This document shows, piece after piece, positions 50,514 to 57,684 of a stretch of 64,000 nucleotides of DNA. The DNA is taken from positions 529,051-593,050 of the forward strand of contig CAVUKA010000003.1 in NCBI GenBank assembly GCA_963741945.1, written 5' to 3'. Under the pieces are notes generated by a model that was given only the letters and a program-made list of their open reading frames with translations, did not search any database and had not been told where the DNA came from. A program made the translations under genes and the position numbers. Every line of letters starts with the position of its first letter. Position 1 is the stretch's first letter. The DNA is from an uncultured Gemmatimonadales bacterium. GTDB lineage: Bacteria > Gemmatimonadota > Gemmatimonadetes > Longimicrobiales > RSA9.

Positions 50514-51178
50514 GCGCCGAACCGGTAGCCGGCGCCGCGGATCGTGTGGATCAGCGGGGCGTCGCCATCCCTGTCGATCTTCCTGCGCAGCCGGGCGATG
50601 AGCATCTCCAGCGCGTTGGAGAACGGGTCGTGGTTCTCGTCCCAGACGTACGCCGTGATCTCGCTCCGGTCCACCACGCGGTCGTGGTTGCGGACGAACA
50701 GCTCCAGCAGGTCCCACTCCTTGGACGTGAGCCGGATGTCGTGCCCGCCCCGGCGCACGCGGCGGCTGCGCAGGTCCACGGTCAGGTCCTCCAGCTCGAA
50801 CAGCTCGGGCGCCAGCTCGGGCGGCCGCCGCGCCAGCGCGCGGATCCGGGCCAGCAGCTCCCGCAGGTCGAACGGCTTGGTGAGGTAGTCGTCGGCGCCG
50901 CTCTCCAGGCCCGCCACCCGGTCGGGGATGGCATCGCGGGCGGTGAGCATGAGAATGGGCGTCCGGATCTCCTCTTCGCGCACCGCCCGGCACAGGTCCA
51001 GTCCGCTGCCGCCCGGGAGCATGATGTCCAGCACGATCACGTCGTAGTTGCCCAGGAGCGCCCGCATGCGGCCCTCCCGGTACGTCGTGGCCGACTCCGT
51101 CTCGATCCCCTCCTCCCGAAGACCGCGGGTGAGGATCGCGACCAGCTCGACGTCATCCTCCACGATCAACACGCGCAT
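50510..51178 (-). CDS. OmpR-family response regulator
   Basis: MRVLIVEDDVEL...DVIVLDIMLPGGSGLDL...LMLTARD...GADDYLTKPF, followed by a winged-helix C-terminus LTSKEWDLLELF...IHTIRGAGYRF. Confidence 0.9.
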   Translation of the reverse strand: MRVLIVEDDVELVAILTRGLREEGIETESATTYREGRMRALLGNYDVIVLDIMLPGGSGLDLCRAVREEEIRTPILMLTARDAIPDRVAGLESGADDYLTKPFDLRELLARIRALARRPPELAPELFELEDLTVDLRSRRVRRGGHDIRLTSKEWDLLELFVRNHDRVVDRSEITAYVWDENHDPFSNALEMLIARLRRKIDRDGDAPLIHTIRGAGYRFGA

Positions 51179-51191
51179 GCCCGCTCCCGGT

Positions 51192-52205
51192 CTACTGCCG
51201 CGCCACGGAAATCAGCCGGTTCACCGCTCCCGGCCCTTCATCCTCCTGCACCAGCCCCAGGCCGCGGCAGTACAGCTTCGTCTCCCGGACCGACGGTTCC
51301 AGCGGTGTGGTGTCCACCGTCCCGATGCAGTCGTTGAAACTGCCATAGGGCACCGTGGCGGACACGTTCACCGCGCTCACCCGCCCCTCGTCCTCCGCCA
51401 CGCCCTTGCGATACTCCTGGCGGTACGCCTGCCCCACGGCCGGGTGCGCCGGCATGATGAGGCCCGGCCTCGCACCGGCCTCGCCCGCCCGCCATGAGCC
51501 GGTCGTGGAGACCACACGGCCGTTCGCCATCTCCCGCGACGCTTCCCCCAGGTACCACACGTTCCCGGCACGGTCCTGCGCGTACCAGTCGTACGTCTCC
51601 TCTGCCAGCGCGCCGTCGTCGCCGTACTCCTGGTCCAGCACCACCGTGGCCGCAATCCCCTGGATGTCCTCGGTCTGGTCCGTCACGGTGACCACGTTCT
51701 TCTCGCCGTTCGTGGACTCGTAGCGGTACACGGTCCCCGGCACCAGCGGGAAGTACGGGTTGTCCACACCGGCGACGAAGTCCCGGGCGACGATCGCGGG
51801 CTCGTACGGCCCGGTCACCGGCGCCGGCGTCTCGGTGGAAGCGCCCGGGGCGGCCGCTTCGGCGGCCACGCCGCCATCCCCGCGCTCCTGCGCGGCCTCC
51901 GTCGCCTCGTCACCCGGCCCCTCGTGCTCGCGCGCCAGGACCTTCCCGGTCACCGCGTCCACGTGGACTTCCTCCACGCCGGGCCGCCCGGCCACGAGGA
52001 GGTCGAAGGAGTAGATCCACCGGCCGCCCTCGCGCTCCAGCTCCTGGCCGTTCACCGTGGCGCCCGGCACCAATGCCAGCGCGGCGGCACGGGCATCGGC
52101 TTCGGGGACGCGGTTCTCCGGCGGGTGGCCGGCGCAGGCGGCGAGAAAGAGCGCGAGGACAGGGGCGATCGCGGGGCTCGCTACCGCGATCCGTGGCATG
52201 TGCAT
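51192..52205 (-). CDS. Lipoprotein with an N-terminal PepSY-like domain and an uncharacterised C-terminal domain
   Basis: Start set at ATG 52205 (GGAGGA upstream). Lipobox LALFLAACAG. PepSY-like ALALVPGATVNGQELEREGGRWIYSFDLL...VHVDAVTGKVL. Confidence 0.6.
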   Translation of the reverse strand: MHMPRIAVASPAIAPVLALFLAACAGHPPENRVPEADARAAALALVPGATVNGQELEREGGRWIYSFDLLVAGRPGVEEVHVDAVTGKVLAREHEGPGDEATEAAQERGDGGVAAEAAAPGASTETPAPVTGPYEPAIVARDFVAGVDNPYFPLVPGTVYRYESTNGEKNVVTVTDQTEDIQGIAATVVLDQEYGDDGALAEETYDWYAQDRAGNVWYLGEASREMANGRVVSTTGSWRAGEAGARPGLIMPAHPAVGQAYRQEYRKGVAEDEGRVSAVNVSATVPYGSFNDCIGTVDTTPLEPSVRETKLYCRGLGLVQEDEGPGAVNRLISVARQ

Positions 52206-52314
52206 GGCATCCTCCAGTGGAACGGCGTTCCTGCTGACCGGCATGATAGCAGGTCCCTGCTAACGGGGCGCTAACAGACCCCTGCCGGGCTCCCGGCCGC
52301 TGCGCCCCCACCGC

Positions 52315-53640
52315 TCAGAGCAGGACCCCGCGCAGGATGATGCTCGCCACCGTGAAGTAGATGATGAGCCCGACCACGTCCACGAGCGTGGCGACGAAAG
52401 GCGCGGACGCGCTGGCCGGGTCGAAGCCGACGCGGCGCAGCAGAAAGGGAAGCATGGAGCCGGCGATCGTGCCCCAGGTGACGACGCCGACGAGGCTGGT
52501 CCCGATGGTGAGCGCGATGACCAGGTAATGGACGCCGTAGACGTTGCCAATGGCCTGCCAGGTCAGAATCCGCACGAGGCCTATGGCACCCAGGACGGCG
52601 CCCAGCACGAGACCCACGGCGAGCTCGCGCCGGATGACGCGGAACCAGTCGCGCAACCGGACTTCGCCCACGGCCATGGCCCGGACGACGAGCGTGGACG
52701 CCTGGGAGCCGGAATTGCCGCCGCTCGAGATGATGAGCGGGATGAACAGCGACAGCACGATGGCTTTCGAGAGCTCGTTCTGGAAGAAGCCCATGGCCGT
52801 GGCGGTGAACATCTCACCGACGAAGAGAATCGACAGCCAGCCGGCGCGCTTCCGGACCATCTCGAAGAAGCCCACGTCCATGTAGGGCGCGTCGAGGGCC
52901 TCCATGCCGCCGTACTTCTGGACGTCCTCCGTGGCTTCCTCGCGGACCACGTCCACGATGTCGTCCACGGTCACGATCCCCTTCATCCGGCCGTCGATGT
53001 CCACCACCGGGATCGCAATGAGGTCGTGGGCGACGAAGAGATGGGCGAGCGCCTCCTGATCCATCTCCTCGCGCGCGGTGATGAGGTCCGTGTCCATGAC
53101 CTCGCGGACGGGCGTGGTCGGCGGAGCGGCGAACAGCTGGCGCAGCGAGACCACGCCCACCAGCCGCTGCTGCACATCCAGCACGTAGGCGTAGTAGAGG
53201 GTCTCGGCAGCCGCGACGGAGACGGCCTGTCTCCGCAGGTAGCCGATCGCCTCGTCCACGCTCATGTCGGCCCGCACGCGTGCGAAGCGCGGGTTCATCA
53301 GGCCGCCGGCCTCGTCCTCCGCGTAGGCGAGGAGAACGGTGACCTCCTTGCGTGTGGTGCCATCGAGGAGGTCCAGCAGCTCCTGACGGCGCTCCGCGTC
53401 CGCGGCCTGGATCAGGTCGGCGACGTCATCGGGCGGGAGGACCCGGAGCCAGAGCCGGCGCTGACCGCGCGAGATGGCCTGGACCAGCTCGGCCTGCTGG
53501 CGGGCGGGCAGGGCGAAGAAGAATTCCTCCGCTTCTTCGGACTCCAGGAGCATGAACCCCTCGGCCCGCTCGACGGTGGACAGGAGGGTCCAGGACTCCT
53601 CCAGCTCCTCACGCTCCAGCGCACGCTGCTCGATCATCAC
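52315..53640 (-). CDS. mgtE: Magnesium transporter MgtE
   Basis: 441-aa ORF (GTG 53640 or ATG 53637). N-domain, tandem CBS region (VREVMDTDLITA...IPVVDIDGRMKGIVTVDDIVDV), and a TM domain with SGGNSGSQASTLVVRA. Confidence 0.9.
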   Translation of the reverse strand: MMIEQRALEREELEESWTLLSTVERAEGFMLLESEEAEEFFFALPARQQAELVQAISRGQRRLWLRVLPPDDVADLIQAADAERRQELLDLLDGTTRKEVTVLLAYAEDEAGGLMNPRFARVRADMSVDEAIGYLRRQAVSVAAAETLYYAYVLDVQQRLVGVVSLRQLFAAPPTTPVREVMDTDLITAREEMDQEALAHLFVAHDLIAIPVVDIDGRMKGIVTVDDIVDVVREEATEDVQKYGGMEALDAPYMDVGFFEMVRKRAGWLSILFVGEMFTATAMGFFQNELSKAIVLSLFIPLIISSGGNSGSQASTLVVRAMAVGEVRLRDWFRVIRRELAVGLVLGAVLGAIGLVRILTWQAIGNVYGVHYLVIALTIGTSLVGVVTWGTIAGSMLPFLLRRVGFDPASASAPFVATLVDVVGLIIYFTVASIILRGVLL

Positions 53641-53734
53641 GGTCCCGCGCTCCCCCTGTAGGAGTCACTCGGCGGGTCTCGGATGGAACAGGCAGCCGCC
53701 CACCCGGCCGATCCTGCGCGTGGGTCGGCGCCGG

Positions 53735-53820
53735 CCCATCGCCGATCTCCCGCATCGCCGCGATCACGTTGGCGACATGCTGGTCGAAGTCAATCCCCGG
53801 GAGCCCGGCCGCGCGCCGGG
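53735..53820 (-). pseudogene. Relic of the C-terminal ~28 codons of an HD-hydrolase paralog
   Basis: The minus-frame reading RRAAGLPGIDFDQHVANVIAAMREIGDG matches VRRGAELLGIDFDEHIAIVIAAMREISDE at the end of the HD gene (57051-57134). The DNA is roughly three-quarters identical over ~75 nt by eye. No HD domain lies upstream of the relic. Confidence 0.5.
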
Positions 53821-54411
53821 TCGCGCGGCACCGACCAGGTACACGGCGAGCATCACGACCGTGGCGAGGAGCACGGCGGCCGCGCCGGTGGGCCCCGGGG
53901 GAGTGGCTGAAGCGCGACGCGACGCGTATCCGTGCGCGGCGGCCCGACCCCTGGCGCGCCGCACGCGACGGCGATCCTCCCGTGAAAGCACCGCGCAGGC
54001 CACCAGCCAGACCATCCACATGAGGAGGGTCTTGTTGTCGGTGAGATCGTAGCCGAAAGGGATGCCCGTCCAGAAGGCGCCGAACGCGTGCTTCTGAACC
54101 ACGGGGCCCAGGATCAAACCGCCCACCGTCATGAGGCCCAACGCCGCCCACGCGTTCGGCCGGACGTCGGGCCGGAGCTGGTAGTCGAGTCCGCCGCTCT
54201 CCAATGCCAGGGTGCCGCGCAGCGGGTAGGTGGGGCCCGTCGCCCGCTGGTAGACGGCCACTGCAGCCATGATGGCGACCGCGGCGCCCCAGAGGAGAGC
54301 GCCGGAACCACGGGATGCCCGCCGTGGAGCGCGAACGCGCGGAATCGAGGACGCCGTTTTCACCGAGGCACTCGTCGCATCTCCGTGTGCCGGCCATGAC
54401 CGGGCCGGCAT
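53764..54411 (-). CDS. Hypothetical integral membrane protein
   Basis: 215-aa ORF with 3-4 hydrophobic helices and a coding-like GC3 bias (LLWGAAVAIMAAVAVY; AALGLMTVGGLILGPVV; LLMWMVWLVACAVL; AAAVLLATVVMLAVYLVGAA). Its tail overlaps the HD relic in another frame. Confidence 0.45.
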   Translation of the reverse strand: MPARSWPAHGDATSASVKTASSIPRVRAPRRASRGSGALLWGAAVAIMAAVAVYQRATGPTYPLRGTLALESGGLDYQLRPDVRPNAWAALGLMTVGGLILGPVVQKHAFGAFWTGIPFGYDLTDNKTLLMWMVWLVACAVLSREDRRRVRRARGRAAAHGYASRRASATPPGPTGAAAVLLATVVMLAVYLVGAARPGARPGSRGLTSTSMSPT

Positions 54412-54546
54412 ACTACAGAGTACAGGATAGCGGAGATCATTATAGGACCGAACGCTCCCGCAGCAAGGCGGGTATTGCGTCAGATCGGCAGTGGGTCTAG
54501 CGTGTTCCCGTCCATACCCGACGCACCCCGCAGCTGACCTGCCAGT

Positions 54547-55212
54547 ATGCCTGAGCCGAAGCGAACCGGCACCGAGGAAGAGAGCTCCCCTCTACACGCG
54601 CTCCTGGCCGCCGCGTTCCGGGTCTTCGCGTCACGCGGGTACCGGGCGTCTCGCCTGGAGGAAGTGGCTGCGGAGGCGGGCCTGACGAAGGGCGCCATCT
54701 ACTATCACTTCCACAGCAAGGAAGACCTCCTGCGGCGCGCGGTCGAGCATCGCCACGAAGCGATCTTCGCCGTCATCGAGGCGGAGCTGGCGACGCTCGA
54801 TGCGCCTGCGGCGGTACGGATCCGCTATGTGCTCCGGCAGTTCTGGCGGCACGTGCTCGACCCGGCATGGGGGCAGACCTTCCGGCTGATGTTCGGCGAG
54901 GTCGGGATCGAGTTTCCCGCCCTGTTCCGGACCTGGGCGGAGGAGGGGCCGATCCAGGGGTGGACGGTGGTAAGGGGGCTGGTCGAAGAGGGAATGCGCA
55001 GCGGCGAGTTCCGCGCCAGCGTGGACCCGGAGGTTGCAGCCCGCTTCGCGGTCTCGGGACTGATGATGCAGGCGGCGCTTCAGGTGCATTCGGGGCTGGA
55101 AGACCTGGCGCCGTGCGATGTCGATCGGATCTTCGATTCGTGCGTGGACCTGTTCCTCCACGGGCTGGCCATCACGCACGCGCCGCCACTCCACCGGGAG
55201 CCGGAACCATGA
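54547..55212 (+). CDS. TetR-family transcriptional regulator
   Basis: HTH LLAAAFRVFASRGYRASRLEEVAAEAGLTKGAIYYHFHSKEDLL. Confidence 0.85.
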   Translation: MPEPKRTGTEEESSPLHALLAAAFRVFASRGYRASRLEEVAAEAGLTKGAIYYHFHSKEDLLRRAVEHRHEAIFAVIEAELATLDAPAAVRIRYVLRQFWRHVLDPAWGQTFRLMFGEVGIEFPALFRTWAEEGPIQGWTVVRGLVEEGMRSGEFRASVDPEVAARFAVSGLMMQAALQVHSGLEDLAPCDVDRIFDSCVDLFLHGLAITHAPPLHREPEP

Positions 55213-55443
55213 AGCGCGGGTACCTCCAGGTCTACACCGGGAACGGCAAGGGCAAGAGCACGGCGGCCCTCGGCCTCGCGCTGCGCGCCGCCGGCGCAGG
55301 CCTGCGCGTGTGCATCCTCCAGCTGATGAAGGACCACCCGTACAGCTGAGCTGGAGCCCCTCAGAGCCCACGCGGATCGGATCGCCATCGAGCAGGCGTG
55401 CGGCGATGCATTCGTCTACCGCCGGGAAGCCCCTTCGGATTGA
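55209..55443 (+). pseudogene. cobO: Cob(I)yrinic acid a,c-diamide adenosyltransferase (CobO/BtuR-type), frameshifted and truncated remnant
   Basis: MKRGYLQVYTGNGKGKSTAALGLALRAAGAGLRVCILQLMKDHPYS then TGA at 55347-55349. Skipping one nt continues the family-like sequence ELEPLRAHADRIAIEQACGDAFVYRREAPSD up to TGA 55441-55443. The remaining ~100 expected codons are missing. Confidence 0.6.
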
Positions 55444-55921
55444 GTCGTAGCCGAATCCATCGGCATCGACGCCGGCACTCGACGGCATCACCGCCGACCT
55501 GATCCACAGGACCCCGCCTTCACCCGGCCGTCGAGCCACTCTCTCCAGGAGGAGGCGAATATACTCGCCAGTATGTCCGCTCACTCCGCGCGCGCGACCG
55601 CCGGCTCGCGGCACGATTGCAGGGAATCTTGGAGCATTTCGCGGTACGAGGGAGCGGGCAAGCGGCCGGATCCCCCGGCAGCTGCAGGACATCCTTTCAT
55701 CTCGGTGTACTTGCGAGTATGTTGGTCACGGCAGTCGAACTCGTGGCCCTGCAGAAGCGACGGCTCGTGCATGGCGCCGCGGGTTCCTGGCCGCCGGCCT
55801 GGCCGGGTGCGATGACACGAATGTCGCGTTGCGGGGGCGGGTGGGCGCGAAGCCGAGGCGGCCGGTGGACGGCCGTTCACTGAAGCGAGGGGCCGAGTGA
55901 TTCGACTCAAGGAGGTGGACC

Positions 55922-56410
55922 ATGGCGGAACGACTCGTTGCGCACGACGTGTTCGGTTTCCTGCGTCCGGAGCAGGTGAACGCCATCAGCGAGCGTGCCG
56001 AGCGGGTGTGGTATTCCGCGGGCGAGGTGGTGTACGAGCGGGGAGCGAAGGCGGAGCACCTGTACACGGTCATCGCGGGTGAGGTGGCGCTGCGGCTTCC
56101 CGGGCGGGAAGGATTCAGCGTGGTCATCGAGGAGCTGGGACCGGGGGACATGTTCGGTTCCTGCGTGTGCTTCGAGCGGGATACGTACAGTTTGACTGCC
56201 CGGTGTGCGAAAGACTCCGAGCTCCTGAGGATCGAGAACGGCGCGCTGCGAGATCTCATGGATGCGGACCTGCGCATGGGCTACGCGCTTCAGACGCGGT
56301 TGTCGGCCATCTACTTCGGGCGCTACATCGAGGCGATGCGGAAGCTTCAGGCGATCACCATGACGCTGCCGGTGGAACAGGCGGACGCCCCCCGGGCTTC
56401 CGCGCGTTGA
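55922..56410 (+). CDS. Stand-alone cyclic-nucleotide-binding (CAP effector) domain protein
   Basis: SD AAGGAGG upstream. VWYSAGEVVYERGAKAEHLYTVIAGEVALRL...LGPGDMFGSCVCFE...TARCAKDSELLRI. No HTH or other output domain. Confidence 0.75.
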   Translation: MAERLVAHDVFGFLRPEQVNAISERAERVWYSAGEVVYERGAKAEHLYTVIAGEVALRLPGREGFSVVIEELGPGDMFGSCVCFERDTYSLTARCAKDSELLRIENGALRDLMDADLRMGYALQTRLSAIYFGRYIEAMRKLQAITMTLPVEQADAPRASAR

Positions 56411-56586
56411 GAAGCCGGCGGAGGCTGGAAAGAACGGGTTCCGGCCGGCGGTGGCGGAGGCGGCGATTGCCATGGGTCCCGGCAGGCTACGCGGCAGGGC
56501 TCCCGCGGTACCGTTGGCATACCCCCTGCAACTATCAACGGGTGCATCATGAATCGGAAATATCGCCACCCGAGCTGGAGTCGAGA

Positions 56587-56949
56587 ATGGAAGTAACGGA
56601 GATGAAGCAGTATACGCTGGAGCTGGAAGATGCGACGCTGGAGCGGGCACAGCAGGAGGCCCGCAATGTGGCGTGTGACGACGAGGAGGACCTCCGGCTG
56701 ATCGCCTGGTATTCACGGGCGCACGAGACCGGCGGTCCCGAGCCGGCCTGCAAGGGCGAGCCGCCGAAGTGCGTGCGGGACTACGCCGCGAGCCACGATG
56801 GCGAGTGCCGGGTCCTGGTGAATGACGGCGAGTACGAGTTCTACTTCGGGCTCACCGGTCCCGATGTGGCCGAGCTGGACCCGGACTGGGTGGCGAAGGT
56901 GCACGCGGGCGCGGAGACGGAGGAGCGCGCCGACATCCAGGGCGCCTGA
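56587..56949 (+). CDS. Hypothetical acidic protein with four Cys
   Basis: Internal ATG 56587 (or 56602) of track ORF 56167..56949. MEVTEMKQYTLELEDATLERAQQEARNVACDDEEDLRLIAWYS...ACKGEPPKCVRDYAASHDGECRVLVNDGEYEFYFG. No family recognised with confidence. Confidence 0.5.
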   Translation: MEVTEMKQYTLELEDATLERAQQEARNVACDDEEDLRLIAWYSRAHETGGPEPACKGEPPKCVRDYAASHDGECRVLVNDGEYEFYFGLTGPDVAELDPDWVAKVHAGAETEERADIQGA

Positions 56950-57029
56950 TCGCTCACCGCAGGAGGCGCGTGGTGTCCCGGCCGGGCGGATTCCCGCGGC
57001 GGCCGGGCGCCCGGCGCCGTCACCGGATC

Positions 57030-57587
57030 CTACCCCTTGCCCAGCCCGAGCTCGTCGCTGATCTCCCGCATGGCGGCTATGACAATGGCGATGTGCTCGT
57101 CGAAGTCGATGCCCAGGAGCTCGGCACCGCGCCGGACGTCGTCCCGGTCCACGCCGGCGGCGAACGTCCTGTCCTTCATCTTCTTCTTGACCGATTTCGG
57201 CTTCAGGTCGTCGATGCCGGTGGGGCGCACCAGCGCGGTGGCGGTGATCAGCCCCGTGATCTCGTCGCAGGCGACGAGGGTGCGGTCCAGCGGAGTCGTC
57301 GGCTCCACGCCGGTGAAGTCGCTGCGGTGGGCGAGGATGGCGTGGAGGACGGGCTCGGGGTAGCCGAGGTCGCGGAGCGCGTCAACGGCCTTCAGCGGGT
57401 GCTCGTCGGGGTACTTCTCCCAGTCCAGGTCATGGAGCAGCCCGGTCAGCCCCCAGAGCTCCTCGTCCTCCCCCTTCCTGCGCGCGTAGCTGCGCACGGC
57501 CGCCTCCACGGCGAACATGTGCTTGCGCAGGTTCTCGTTCTCCACCCACTCCTCCAGCAGCTTCAGCGCTTCCGCGCGATCCGGCAT
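57030..57587 (-). CDS. HD-domain metal-dependent phosphohydrolase (small HDIG-like)
   Basis: Start set at ATG 57587 (GAGGAGG upstream). LRKHMFAVEAAVRSYA...LWGLTGLLHDLDWEKYPDEHP...LHAILAHR. Confidence 0.8.
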   Translation of the reverse strand: MPDRAEALKLLEEWVENENLRKHMFAVEAAVRSYARRKGEDEELWGLTGLLHDLDWEKYPDEHPLKAVDALRDLGYPEPVLHAILAHRSDFTGVEPTTPLDRTLVACDEITGLITATALVRPTGIDDLKPKSVKKKMKDRTFAAGVDRDDVRRGAELLGIDFDEHIAIVIAAMREISDELGLGKG

Positions 57588-57684
57588 GGACTGCCTCCTC
57601 GTCCGTCGCTCCATCGAGATCGTTCCGCGGAGAAGATGGTGGCCGGGTGCCGCCGGTGCAAAGTCACCGGACCGTGTCAGAGAA

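Noticed and set aside
53641-53763. Possible M-box (Mg) riboswitch upstream of mgtE
   Set aside because: The leader is only ~120 nt and shows none of the conserved M-box segments I can recall. Part of it is instead the relic of the HD-gene 3-prime end.
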